Assembly (NCBI RefSeq): GCF_000737315.1
Contig: NZ_JMCB01000003.1
Span: forward strand, 496,001-560,000
From: Hyalangium minutum
GTDB lineage: Bacteria; Myxococcota; Myxococcia; Myxococcales; Myxococcaceae
Reading direction: 5' to 3'
DNA: 64,000 bases
Both the position numbers and the translations under genes were made by a program. The first letter of the stretch is position 1. Each line of letters opens with the position of its first letter. Below are positions 50,039 to 59,381 of the stretch, in pieces. The notes beneath the pieces are model-generated. The model had not been told where the DNA came from, made no database searches, and saw only the letters and a program-made list of their open reading frames with translations.

Positions 50039-50377
50039 CTACCCGGCGAGGAGGCTGTGGGCCTCGACGGGGACCTGGGTGAAGCGCACGCCCATGCGGC
50101 TGGGGGACTGGGACTCACCGGCGGGCTGGGCCCAGACCACCTCGCCCCGGAAGGGCAGCTCGCGGCCATCGACTTCGAAGGTGCCGTGGAGCAGCGAGCC
50201 GGGGATGAAGACGAACGGAGCCTCCACGCTGAAGCCACCCGCGGAGACATCCGCGGTGTGGACCGGCAGCCGATTGCCGAGGAGGAGCGAGACACTGCGA
50301 GCGCTACGGGCAGAGCGGGAACGGAGCATGCACACATGGTGATACATCCCTGTGGCTCCGCAAGTTTCCCGCTCCAC
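50039..50377 (-). CDS. PilZ domain protein (start uncertain)
   Basis: DVSAGG, GEVVW and MGVRF beta-barrel motifs. Confidence 0.75.
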   Translation of the reverse strand: MERETCGATGMYHHVCMLRSRSARSARSVSLLLGNRLPVHTADVSAGGFSVEAPFVFIPGSLLHGTFEVDGRELPFRGEVVWAQPAGESQSPSRMGVRFTQVPVEAHSLLAG

Positions 50378-50451
50378 CCTTCTCTTCCTCCGGTCTCATC
50401 CCCTCTGAGAGATTGTTCGGTCCCGGCATGTTGCCGGGCGGTCCATGAATG

Positions 50452-50964
50452 TCAGCGAGGCTCTGGCTCAACCGGCTCCTTGAGCCTCTGAAGAGGGACT
50501 GCGTCCCGGCTCTTGGGGACAACGTGGGCACTGACCAACCACTTCCCAGAAGGATCCCCTCCTACAATAAGCAGGATGGGTTCAGGGCAGCGATAATCCG
50601 CAGTGCTTGCGATGATCTCGAGTTGCTGAAGATCTGTATCGCTCGGCACCGGCGCAGCGTAGGGGTGGAAGTGCCACTCACCCAGATAATGGGCACCACG
50701 TGAGGCCCAGCGGCGATCGAGCCATCTCTGGAGACCTCTCGTGCCACGCTGGAACCAGCTTGGCCCGCGAACCGAATCTACGGGGGAGCCAGACGCAGCA
50801 CTCACCCGAGCACAATCGAGCGCGGCGGAGTACACCCCCACGAGGATGCCTCCCGTCTCTTTCCTCCACGAAGAGCGGCACAGGTGGAGAAGCCGCCGGA
50901 CGGTGGCCCCTGGGATATGCACACCGAAGCGGGCATCCGCAGAGCGAAATTCAAGATCGGGCAT
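50452..50964 (-). CDS. cap3: CBASS Cap3-type JAB/Mov34 peptidase
   Basis: ETGGIL, YLGEWHFHP, PSDTD; follows the E2-E1 gene. Confidence 0.9.
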   Translation of the reverse strand: MPDLEFRSADARFGVHIPGATVRRLLHLCRSSWRKETGGILVGVYSAALDCARVSAASGSPVDSVRGPSWFQRGTRGLQRWLDRRWASRGAHYLGEWHFHPYAAPVPSDTDLQQLEIIASTADYRCPEPILLIVGGDPSGKWLVSAHVVPKSRDAVPLQRLKEPVEPEPR

Positions 50965-52783
50965 GGGCTTCCACAGGGGACACATGGTTCACTCCGCGGA
51001 AGAAGTCGTTGTGTTCATCACGCTCATAGACATCAAGACGCGCGGCAGGGCGCGCCGTTGCCGCCTGCACCAGCGACTTCACTGCGATAGCAGCGGCCAA
51101 CGCCACGTCATCCGCCCGAGCAGGAAAGACGGGATGCCAGCAACCGAGTCCCTCCCTGGGAAGATTGGTGCGCTTGAGCTCGTCGTGCTCCAGGCGGATC
51201 CACGACCCGGCCTGCTTCCAGAACTCCTCGAACGGAAAAGAGGTGCCCGTAGCGCTGAAGCACAAGAGACGCCGGGCCCTCACACCAAAGGAAGTGGAGA
51301 AGAACAGGCGGGACGCTTCCCAGGCAAACCGGTGCAGCGTCTCAAGGACCTCGTCCGAGGCGGTACAGTCCAGGATCGTGTCGCAACGAGATACGAGCCA
51401 AGTGCTTCGAGCCATTTGATCGTCTAACTGTTTCCGAAAGGCATGGACCTGCAGGTCCGGATTGAGGGTGCGCAGATGATGCGCGAGCGCCTCGGCCTTG
51501 GAATACCGGACATCCGTTACGTCGAGTGTGTGGCGGACGAGATTCCCGGCTTCGAGAGTTTCTCCATCCAGAATGACTAGGCGGGAGACGCCGCCACGGA
51601 CGAGCAATTCCGCCATGGCGGAGCCCAGAGCCCCTGCGCCAAGCAACAACACCCATGAGCTTCGCAGCGGCTCCGGCAGCGCTCCACGGCTCCGCAAATC
51701 TTCGGGCGCCCAGTTTTCAGTGCGGAGCCAGTGAATCGGACGTGCTTTCTCGAACAGATTGACCTGATCGTAGAGCCAATACCCCTGCTCGTTACGGCGG
51801 TAGCCGCGCGGAGCCAGGTCGCCATGGGCGAAGATTGGCAGCCGAAGCGCCCACCAATGCATGCGCACGTTCGGCCCATCGATCTTCTCCGGAATCGGAA
51901 AGCCGATGAGGCACAGGTGGCGCTCGCCATCCCGGAGCTTCGAGGAAAAACCCTGAAGCTCCTTTCGGAGCTCCAGTCCCCGGGACCGAAGCGCCTCCTC
52001 CAGCTCGGGCCAGCACGTGGGAGGGGCATAGGGGGACAAAACTGGGAGCGAGTCACACCGCATCCACGGTACACGGAAGCGTCGTCGTCGAGACCTTGAG
52101 CGGAACAGGTCTCCCCAGTCGAGCGAGACCAGCCGCCGGCCGTCGAGCGAGGAGAACGCATCGACAACACACAGCCGCGGGTTTCCAGGAACCGTGACCA
52201 AGTCCGCCCATCCCCGCGACTCTTGGCACTTCATCCAAGTGCCAAGTTCCCCAGGTCTCTCCCTGAAGACCACTTGCAAGGTTCCGTCCGTGGGCAGGTC
52301 GGGCAGTTCAAAGGCGTGACCTGGGGCGAGTAGACGGCCTTGGGCCGCAGCTTCAAGCCAGTCCCGTGCGCCCTTCACGTGCCACGCGAGCCGTGCCTCA
52401 GGGCTCCGGGGTTCCTCCTCTCTTGCCCGCAGTCCAAGCGCTGCAAGCCCTGTCTGCAGACACAGCCGCCCTTCCCGCCACGGCCGAGCTGCTGGCCCTG
52501 GATTGTTCAGGCGTTGGTGCGGATGCGTGCCCTCGATTCCACCCTTCTTGGAGGGGAAGAAGTCGATTCGTCCCCAGGGATAGTGCGCGTCGATGAGCGC
52601 ATACCAGTCCGTCCATGCGGGGATGGAGCTCCCCGTGGTGTCCGCACGAAGGCGCAACGGGAGGACCCAACACTGCTCCTCTGAGTCCCAGTCCACGTCT
52701 CCGAGCAGTTCCACTCCGGCTATTCCATCCAGGACACGACGGCCCAGGCGGAGTGAGTCCGTCAGCGAGGGCGCGTCTGTCAC
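50951..52783 (-). CDS. cap2: CBASS Cap2-type E2-E1(ThiF) fusion
   Basis: N-terminal E2-like region (YPWGRIDFFP, HQ, GRLCL); ThiF LLGAGALGS, DGETLEAGNLVRH, DCTA; C-terminal GCWHPVFPA. Confidence 0.92.
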   Translation of the reverse strand: MTDAPSLTDSLRLGRRVLDGIAGVELLGDVDWDSEEQCWVLPLRLRADTTGSSIPAWTDWYALIDAHYPWGRIDFFPSKKGGIEGTHPHQRLNNPGPAARPWREGRLCLQTGLAALGLRAREEEPRSPEARLAWHVKGARDWLEAAAQGRLLAPGHAFELPDLPTDGTLQVVFRERPGELGTWMKCQESRGWADLVTVPGNPRLCVVDAFSSLDGRRLVSLDWGDLFRSRSRRRRFRVPWMRCDSLPVLSPYAPPTCWPELEEALRSRGLELRKELQGFSSKLRDGERHLCLIGFPIPEKIDGPNVRMHWWALRLPIFAHGDLAPRGYRRNEQGYWLYDQVNLFEKARPIHWLRTENWAPEDLRSRGALPEPLRSSWVLLLGAGALGSAMAELLVRGGVSRLVILDGETLEAGNLVRHTLDVTDVRYSKAEALAHHLRTLNPDLQVHAFRKQLDDQMARSTWLVSRCDTILDCTASDEVLETLHRFAWEASRLFFSTSFGVRARRLLCFSATGTSFPFEEFWKQAGSWIRLEHDELKRTNLPREGLGCWHPVFPARADDVALAAAIAVKSLVQAATARPAARLDVYERDEHNDFFRGVNHVSPVEAHARS

Positions 52784-53874
52784 GCGAACCTACCGCTGCC
52801 CACCATTCCCGGCCCTCCCTGGTGCGGTGTGAAGTTTCCTTGTGGGGGTGAGCCGCGCCCGGGCTCCGGGGCTCGTGGGAACTTGTCGCCAAAGAGCTCT
52901 CGCCATAGCGGCGCCGCCGTCTGCGCATCGGGTGCCTCGAAGGCTTGGCGTGCCTTTTTCGCGGCAGCGGCCACCTGCGCATGGAACTTCGCGAAGTCGT
53001 CACCGCTGATACGTGCCATGACGTTCTGATCCACACCCCGGTCTGGTGCGTAGGGAGCGTGCGTATTGGCGGCATGCAATGCGTAGCTCTGAGTGAACCG
53101 CTCCAAAGTCCGGACCACACCCTCGGCCACGGACGAGATTCCGTCCGGGCAGCAATCGCCGATGAGGTGCTCCAGTGGATAGCTCTTGGGCCGGTCAGGC
53201 AGTGCGCCCGCGTGAACAAGCCGCCACCACTTGAGGGCCTTCACGACGTTGACGAAGTGCCCCGAGCACCGGGCGTTCTTTTGGCTCGTCCAGCTCAGCT
53301 GTACCAGCGGGTGGGTGTCCTGCCACGCGCCCAAATCCCGGTCCGGAATCCGTAGCGGCTCCGACTTCCACTGAGGGTTGCCGTTCGAGTCTGTCTTGAC
53401 GATCGGCTGCGACTCGTCCTCTTCGATCTGGAGGACGTCCTCGCTCTTGGCGAACGCGCTGTAGACACCAGCCTCGGCTTCCACCGGCGCGGCAGTAATG
53501 ACGAGGTCCATCTCCACGGTGGACATCACGATGCCGAAAGAGCGGCCCTGCTGCCGGTACTTGTCGTGGTAGTACTTCTCGAGAAAGGGCCTGAAGCAAG
53601 CCATGGCCTCAGCGGGCGTGAACTCGGACTCCTTCATGCGGGTCACAACGATGAGGTCGACATCCGCCTTCTTGCCGTCCTTGGGCCGGACCGCTGTGCG
53701 GCGCTTGTAGCTGCCCTGGAGGAACATGCTCACGAAGCCTGTCTTGAGCTGCGCGTCCGACTGCAGGCGCTCCTTCAGCCTGGAGTACCCATCAATCATC
53801 TCGGCACGCTGGGCTTTGGTCGGACGGATGTCTTGGAGGAAATCAGCGAAGTAGGTGGGAAGGGGAAGTGTCAT
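52780..53874 (-). CDS. cGAS/DncV-like nucleotidyltransferase (CD-NTase 1, Cap2-associated, 364 aa)
   Basis: FLQGSYKRRTAVRP...ADVDL, MDLV, VKALKWW, PKSYPLE; C-terminus ...GSGRFA. Confidence 0.93.
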   Translation of the reverse strand: MTLPLPTYFADFLQDIRPTKAQRAEMIDGYSRLKERLQSDAQLKTGFVSMFLQGSYKRRTAVRPKDGKKADVDLIVVTRMKESEFTPAEAMACFRPFLEKYYHDKYRQQGRSFGIVMSTVEMDLVITAAPVEAEAGVYSAFAKSEDVLQIEEDESQPIVKTDSNGNPQWKSEPLRIPDRDLGAWQDTHPLVQLSWTSQKNARCSGHFVNVVKALKWWRLVHAGALPDRPKSYPLEHLIGDCCPDGISSVAEGVVRTLERFTQSYALHAANTHAPYAPDRGVDQNVMARISGDDFAKFHAQVAAAAKKARQAFEAPDAQTAAPLWRELFGDKFPRAPEPGRGSPPQGNFTPHQGGPGMVGSGRFA

Positions 53875-53935
53875 GGCACATGGATCACGAATGGCGCGGC
53901 ACTTGTTACATGCGCCGCCATGGCTTTCCTGAGGC

Positions 53936-55387
53936 TCAGCGCGAAAGCCGGTCCACGAGCCGCACCGCCGGGTCTCCCAGCAGGGTGTAGCTTGTGAGGT
54001 CGTGCCGCTCCATCCACAGGTGGGCTCGCTCCGTGGTCCGCTCTTTGGCCTGCTCCTCGTCAATCTCTCCGGACAGCGACTGACCCGAGGAGCCAGCTGC
54101 GGCGGTCTCTTGGTGATACTTCCGAAGTTCCCTGTCTGCCTTCGAGGCAAAGCGCGACAGGGAATGAAGCGCGAGCCCCACCCGGGAGCCCTCCACCATG
54201 GTCGTCAGCACATCCTCCAGCCGGTGGGTATGCGTCTCCCCGTTCCGGGGATTATGGAAAGCGCAGATCCATGCCATGTCCAGGTGGCCGATAACAGCGA
54301 GGGGCCCTTTGGGATTGGCCAGCGCTGCTTGGGGCAATGCTGCGATAAAGGGCCGCGCATCTAGGGGGCGGGACCGATCGACACGCTCCAGTACCCATTG
54401 CGACATCACGCTCGTTTGGACGAGTTGCTCCATCCAGGGCCGGAACACGCTCCGCGTCGGCGTGCCCGCGCCGAAGCAAGCAAAGTAGAACCAGATGCCT
54501 CCCGGCAGGAACTCCTTCTGACGGACCTCGTCGGCAGTCAATGCGGTTCCCTGGCCGAACCACATGTTGCCCTGCTCCCGCCTCTGCGCTTCCGGGCTCA
54601 CCCAACCCGAGGTTGGCGCCCCAACGCCATGACTCAAAGTGAAGAGCAGGCCAGGCTCCGGAGCACGGACCAGTTCCAGCAGCTTTTCTTTGGCGCCCGC
54701 GGGCAACTGCTCCACCGTCAGGGAACTCGCCGGAAAGTATCCCTTGTCGCGAGCCTCCGAGCACCGCTGTGCCGCCGGAGCGACGACGAACCTGTGGCCG
54801 CTCAGCACCGGGGGCGACATGTCCTGCGCCGTCAAAAATACAGCCCGGGCCTGCTGAGGACGTGCCGCATCCCGCTCACGGGTCAGCACCTTCTCAACAT
54901 AAGCTGCGTAGTCGTCCTCTCGCTCGAAGGGCAGGCGCCCCACGAGGGTGACGCCTTCGCCCGTCAGTTCCTCCTGCAGTTCCATCGAGAGATCTTCTGG
55001 TGTCCCAGCGAGCAGCACGTAGCTGGCGTGCTCTCGCGAAGACCGGGACGTCGGGTACATCGTGTCGGCCAGGAACTTACGTGCCTCTTTCTCATTCATC
55101 CCCGGAGGGGCACGGTAAATGTCCACGCTCCGGCGCTGCTCTTCCGCACGACGCTTGCAAAGCGGCGAGAGGATGGCTTCGAGGCGCCGGCCTCTCTCGT
55201 TGTCAGGAACTACGAGCGCCCATCTCTGCTCCTCGAGCGAGTTCGGATCGGCGGACAGGTTGTACAGGTGGGTGGGCTTGGGCAGGGGCACTGGAAGCGG
55301 TGCCTCCCACAGGGACTCCAGCGGAAGAGGCATCTCGATGACGGGGCGCCCGTCTCCTGCCTGTGCGAGCAATAGCTGCAGTGTCAC
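53936..55387 (-). CDS. Gingipain(C25)-like clan CD cysteine protease
   Basis: YVLLAG, VGRLPF, TLSHG (His), YFACFGAG (Cys), AVIGH, LLGDP. No obvious signal peptide. Confidence 0.75.
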   Translation of the reverse strand: MTLQLLLAQAGDGRPVIEMPLPLESLWEAPLPVPLPKPTHLYNLSADPNSLEEQRWALVVPDNERGRRLEAILSPLCKRRAEEQRRSVDIYRAPPGMNEKEARKFLADTMYPTSRSSREHASYVLLAGTPEDLSMELQEELTGEGVTLVGRLPFEREDDYAAYVEKVLTRERDAARPQQARAVFLTAQDMSPPVLSGHRFVVAPAAQRCSEARDKGYFPASSLTVEQLPAGAKEKLLELVRAPEPGLLFTLSHGVGAPTSGWVSPEAQRREQGNMWFGQGTALTADEVRQKEFLPGGIWFYFACFGAGTPTRSVFRPWMEQLVQTSVMSQWVLERVDRSRPLDARPFIAALPQAALANPKGPLAVIGHLDMAWICAFHNPRNGETHTHRLEDVLTTMVEGSRVGLALHSLSRFASKADRELRKYHQETAAAGSSGQSLSGEIDEEQAKERTTERAHLWMERHDLTSYTLLGDPAVRLVDRLSR

Positions 55388-55740
55388 TTCTTCCCTCCCT
55401 TGCCGTCTCCCTTGCTGTCTCCCTTGCCTTCCTTGATCCCAGGACGGCTGGTGCTGCCCGCTTTGTCTCCTCCCGTGTTGGTATCGGTCGGAGGCATGCC
55501 GTAAGTCACCCGCGCTCCCTCGGCCTTGACCTGCGCCACAAAGCGGTCGAGATCCGCGAGCGACCCCTGGACTACAAAGATGACCTGCGGCTGGTCATCC
55601 ATCACCCCATAGGCAGTGAAGCTTCCCTCCTCGCGCGACTGGACGATGTAAACGTGACGCCCTTCCTCTGGATACCCCTCGAAGAACGGCTTGCTATCCC
55701 ACTTCGAAAAATCCAGCGGCTCCACCGACTCACCCGTCAT
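55384..55740 (-). CDS. Small hypothetical protein (118 aa) with Gly/Lys/Asp-rich tail
   Basis: GGAGG RBS before ATG 55740; stop overlaps the next GTG. Confidence 0.75.
   Translation of the reverse strand: MTGESVEPLDFSKWDSKPFFEGYPEEGRHVYIVQSREEGSFTAYGVMDDQPQVIFVVQGSLADLDRFVAQVKAEGARVTYGMPPTDTNTGGDKAGSTSRPGIKEGKGDSKGDGKGGKK
55396..55431. repeat. Three 12-bp near-tandem repeats encoding the (D/E)-x-K-G tail
   Basis: TCCCTTGCCGTC, TCCCTTGCTGTC, TCCCTTGCCTTC. Confidence 0.8.
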
Positions 55741-55787
55741 GACGCCTCCCTGTTGCATGATGACTGCCGCGATGCGGCAGCAAGCTC

Positions 55788-58757
55788 TCACTCGAACACC
55801 AAGACGCCATTGATCCAGTCGGAGTCTTTACCCCCGCGCAGCCACTCGAGGCGTTCGTCGCGAGTAGCAATGCTAGGAGACGCACCTGCCCGGATGCGCT
55901 CGCGCACACTGCCGAAGAAGTCGGATGCGTCCTCGTTGGGGATGGGCTGGGTCGCAGCCAGCACCGTGCGTGCCCCCGCAGTGAGAAAGGCGTTGGGTAG
56001 GCTGCCATGCTCATGAAGGGCGGAGGTTCCGCGCGCGGCCTCGCAGGCCGCCAGGACGACCAGAGGCGCACTTGGGAGCTTCAGCTTGCGAATGCGGTCC
56101 TCGTAAAGCTCATCACTGCCATCCGACCCTGGGGCCAACAGCAAGTAGGCTGTGTTCGAGCCCGGATCGATCTGACCGTGCGTCGCCAGGTCGATTTCCG
56201 TCGCCTCTTGCAAGGCCGCCAGCACGCGGTTCGGGGTGGCATCCAAGTCCCGCAGGGTCCGAAGTGACGCGCCCGGCGCCACATGGGGCGACCACGTCAG
56301 TGAGAGTTGACTGCGTTGCTCGTCGTACCGGACCTCGCTCACCACGACGTGCACGCTGAGCCCTTGCGGAGGTTGGGGCGAAGTGGACCGCGTCCGGTAC
56401 CGCCAGGCGAACTCTGGAGGAAGGAGTCCAGCGCGTCCCTGCAAAGGAGGCCGGGCCAGGACATCCACCGAGGCACAGGGTCTGAGGGCCTCCACCATGT
56501 CCTGGGGTACGACTCCCGCCAAGCTCGTGGGTTCGAACCTCTCACCGCGCACGGGGGCGTATTTGCTCATCCACTGCCCCTCCGAGCCCCGCGCCACCAA
56601 CAGGCTTCGCTCGGTATCCTCAGTGAGCGCGAGGACGCACCGCGCCGGTACAGCGAGGCCCAACTCCGAGCCGAAGAGCCCCAGCGCCGCCGCGAAGTCG
56701 CTCTTCGCGGCGGCGGCGAAGATGAGGGACGTGTAGCTGTAGGCACGGGCATGCCTTGCCGTGACATCATCCGGCGACGCGGAATCCGCCTCGTGGATGG
56801 CCTCTTCCAGCAGCGCACGTCCCTTAATGGCATCCACCTCCACCAGGAAACGCCCCTGAAGGAACTTCGCGTAGGCCTGCTGCCCCAGGGTGTTCCCTGG
56901 CTCCAGCGCCAGCGCCTGCTCCACGGCCGCAGCGTCTCGGGGAGAGCGACGCGTCCGGGCCACGTCCACCAGAGCTTCAATGCCATGCCACGTGAGTGGC
57001 AATCCAACAGCCATGGCTTGATCCAGTTCGGCCCGCGCGTCATCCAACTCCAACGCCTGAATGGCCAGATGGGCGAGGTTCTGATGGATGTTGCGCGCGC
57101 TCTTCGAGTCGCCCTCGGACATCAAGAGAGCCTCGCCGAAGTAAGCACGGCCCAGTGTCACGTCCGCCGCCAGACGCGCGGCGTTGCCCAGCGTCTGCAG
57201 CAGCACTCGCTCCCGATCCCACTGGGCCAGCCGGGCCAATGCCAATCCAGCGCGGGCGTGCCGCTCGGCATCGCTGACCTGAAAGAGCCAGCCAAACACG
57301 TGGGACAAATCGTTCTCAACATCAATGCACCGATAGACCAGTTGCTCTCTCTTGCAGAGGTCGAGCGCCTCCTCGAGGAGTTTCTGCGCCCGGGTGTAGC
57401 GCTCCTGTTCTTGTTCCCGCGATGCCTCCACCTGGAGTCCCAGAACCCGGAACCAAGGGTCCGGGTGAGCACGGGTCCGCTCCACGAGCTTGCTGGCGTA
57501 TTGAGGACGGTGCTGGATGAGGTACGTGAGCGCGCCTAGAGCGAGATCGTCCTCACGCGACGCGAGAAACTTCTGGAGCAGCGCCTCCTCGTCGCGCGCT
57601 TCCACCTGCCCATTCATCAACTGGGCATATTGGGCCGCCAGCGGGGCGCGGACCGAGAAGTCCCGTGCGGCGATGCGCTGCACGTACTCCGCGAGCACCG
57701 TGCCGCCTCCCACGCTCTCATCCAGTTTCCTGGCCAAGGGAAGGAACTCGCGAACTTCCGCAGCGGACGTCCGGGCACGCACAGCGTGATAGAAGTCACG
57801 GCGCATCAACGGAACGTCTGCATAGAGAAGCGCCTGCGACAGTGCGGGAACGCCTCGGGCAATGAGCTCGCCTCCGGCTGCATCTGCTTTCTGCCAACGC
57901 TCCTTTCTCTGCAAGGCGCCGGAAAGCCGCTCCCTCTTTGCCCGGGCCTCGTTCCGCCAGCGCTCATCAGGCTCGGTACGCTCCAGCGACTCCAAGTCCG
58001 CCATGGCTGACAGGGGCAGCCCCAGGTCCCGGAACACCAGGGCACGGTTCCAACGCGCCTGGACGTGACCCGGCTCCCTGCGAAGCACCTCATTGAAAAG
58101 ATGGAGCGCTTCCCGGAACTCCGCCATCGCGCTGGAAACCTCCTGGGACCGGGCGGCCACATAGTGCGCAACCCCCAGGTCACAGAGCACGTTCGCGTCC
58201 CATTTGCGCTCGCTCCGCATCCGCTTCAGGAGCACCTTGGCACGCGCGGTATCGGGTGCGCCGCCCGCCAAGTAGGCCGCAGCCAACTGAGGCAGATCCC
58301 CCCGTTCCTCCAACTGCCCCATGACAGCGTGAGAGAACCCATTCACATTCGAAGTGGGTGCGGAGCCCATGGGAATCTGGGCCAACGATCGGTAGGTGTC
58401 CGCCTCTGGATACGTGACGCGTGCTTCCAGCGTCCGCTGCTGCCGCGCCCACAGCGCGGGCTCCACTCGCGATACGGACTTGCCCGTGAGGCCCAAAGCG
58501 AGCAGCAGCACGGCGGCAACGGATACCACCGCCGCACTGGCCGCCAACCACCGGTTCCGCGGAACGGCGTGCCAAGGCACCTCTACCGGGCCATGCCGCT
58601 CCAGGTAGCGCTTGCCGAGTTGTTCAAGCTGCAGCAGCCGAGTCAGCTCTGCCTGGCACCGCTCACACCCTGCCAGGTGCTTGCCGAAGGCCTGGGCGTC
58701 TGCTGGCGAGAGTTCTCCATCCGCGAAGGACTGGAGTGGGTCGCAGGGAGAGGACAT
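55788..58757 (-). CDS. Zinc-finger anti-sigma (zf-HC2), hydrophobic segment, TPR and CHAT protease fusion (989 aa)
   Basis: HLAGCERC (Hx3Cx2C); LAASAAVVSVAAVLLLALGL; TPR-like ARWNRALVFRDLGL; CHAT LATHG and VLAACE. Confidence 0.88.
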   Translation of the reverse strand: MSSPCDPLQSFADGELSPADAQAFGKHLAGCERCQAELTRLLQLEQLGKRYLERHGPVEVPWHAVPRNRWLAASAAVVSVAAVLLLALGLTGKSVSRVEPALWARQQRTLEARVTYPEADTYRSLAQIPMGSAPTSNVNGFSHAVMGQLEERGDLPQLAAAYLAGGAPDTARAKVLLKRMRSERKWDANVLCDLGVAHYVAARSQEVSSAMAEFREALHLFNEVLRREPGHVQARWNRALVFRDLGLPLSAMADLESLERTEPDERWRNEARAKRERLSGALQRKERWQKADAAGGELIARGVPALSQALLYADVPLMRRDFYHAVRARTSAAEVREFLPLARKLDESVGGGTVLAEYVQRIAARDFSVRAPLAAQYAQLMNGQVEARDEEALLQKFLASREDDLALGALTYLIQHRPQYASKLVERTRAHPDPWFRVLGLQVEASREQEQERYTRAQKLLEEALDLCKREQLVYRCIDVENDLSHVFGWLFQVSDAERHARAGLALARLAQWDRERVLLQTLGNAARLAADVTLGRAYFGEALLMSEGDSKSARNIHQNLAHLAIQALELDDARAELDQAMAVGLPLTWHGIEALVDVARTRRSPRDAAAVEQALALEPGNTLGQQAYAKFLQGRFLVEVDAIKGRALLEEAIHEADSASPDDVTARHARAYSYTSLIFAAAAKSDFAAALGLFGSELGLAVPARCVLALTEDTERSLLVARGSEGQWMSKYAPVRGERFEPTSLAGVVPQDMVEALRPCASVDVLARPPLQGRAGLLPPEFAWRYRTRSTSPQPPQGLSVHVVVSEVRYDEQRSQLSLTWSPHVAPGASLRTLRDLDATPNRVLAALQEATEIDLATHGQIDPGSNTAYLLLAPGSDGSDELYEDRIRKLKLPSAPLVVLAACEAARGTSALHEHGSLPNAFLTAGARTVLAATQPIPNEDASDFFGSVRERIRAGASPSIATRDERLEWLRGGKDSDWINGVLVFE

Positions 58758-59299
58758 CAGTGAGTTCCCTCATCGAGGTAAGGCTTGAGCAACTCGCCGA
58801 GCCTCTGGCGAGCATCGAACAACCGCTTGGCCACGAGTCCAGCAGACACGCCCAGCTTGCTGGCGATCTCCTGGTTGCGCAGTCCCTGGGAGCGGAGCAG
58901 AAAGGTGAGCCGCTGCTGCCGGGGCAGCTTCTCGATGGCCCACTCGAAGCGCTCCCGGGTGATGCGCTCGTACGTGTCCGAGGCCGCTCCCTGTCCCAGC
59001 GTCCAGCGGGTGATGGTCGGATCGTCTTCTGCCTTCTTCCGGCCCATGGTGCCTCGGATCAGGTCATAGAAGTGATTGGTCATGACGGTAATGAGCCAGC
59101 CATCCACTGGCTCTTCGTCCGCCTGGAGCGCTCCAGTGAAGCGCTCGACGAAGCGCAGCAGCGCCTCCTGGACCAGGTCTCTGGGTTCTATGCCCCCGAA
59201 GGCGCGACACAGTTTCTCGGCAATGGGCATCAGCAGCGCGTAATGCTTGGCGTGCCACTCATCGAAATTGCTGGCCACAATCTCCCCGGCGCTCTTCAT
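58757..59299 (-). CDS. ECF (sigma-70 group 4) sigma factor
   Basis: DLVQEALLR, WLITVMTNHFYDLIR, region 4 GLRNQEIASKLGVSAGLVAKRLFDARQRL. Stop overlaps the anti-sigma start. Confidence 0.93.
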   Translation of the reverse strand: MKSAGEIVASNFDEWHAKHYALLMPIAEKLCRAFGGIEPRDLVQEALLRFVERFTGALQADEEPVDGWLITVMTNHFYDLIRGTMGRKKAEDDPTITRWTLGQGAASDTYERITRERFEWAIEKLPRQQRLTFLLRSQGLRNQEIASKLGVSAGLVAKRLFDARQRLGELLKPYLDEGTH

Positions 59300-59381
59300 G
59301 ACCGTGTCTCCGGTCCGTCCCCAATAAGGACACGGAGGGCACATGAATTATTACGTCCCGACATGCGGGCAGCAGGGAGGA

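Noticed and set aside
53875-53935. Operator-like inverted repeat before CD-NTase1
   Set aside because: Only a 6-bp perfect arm (ATGGCG/CGCCAT) in GC-rich DNA; not distinguishable from chance.
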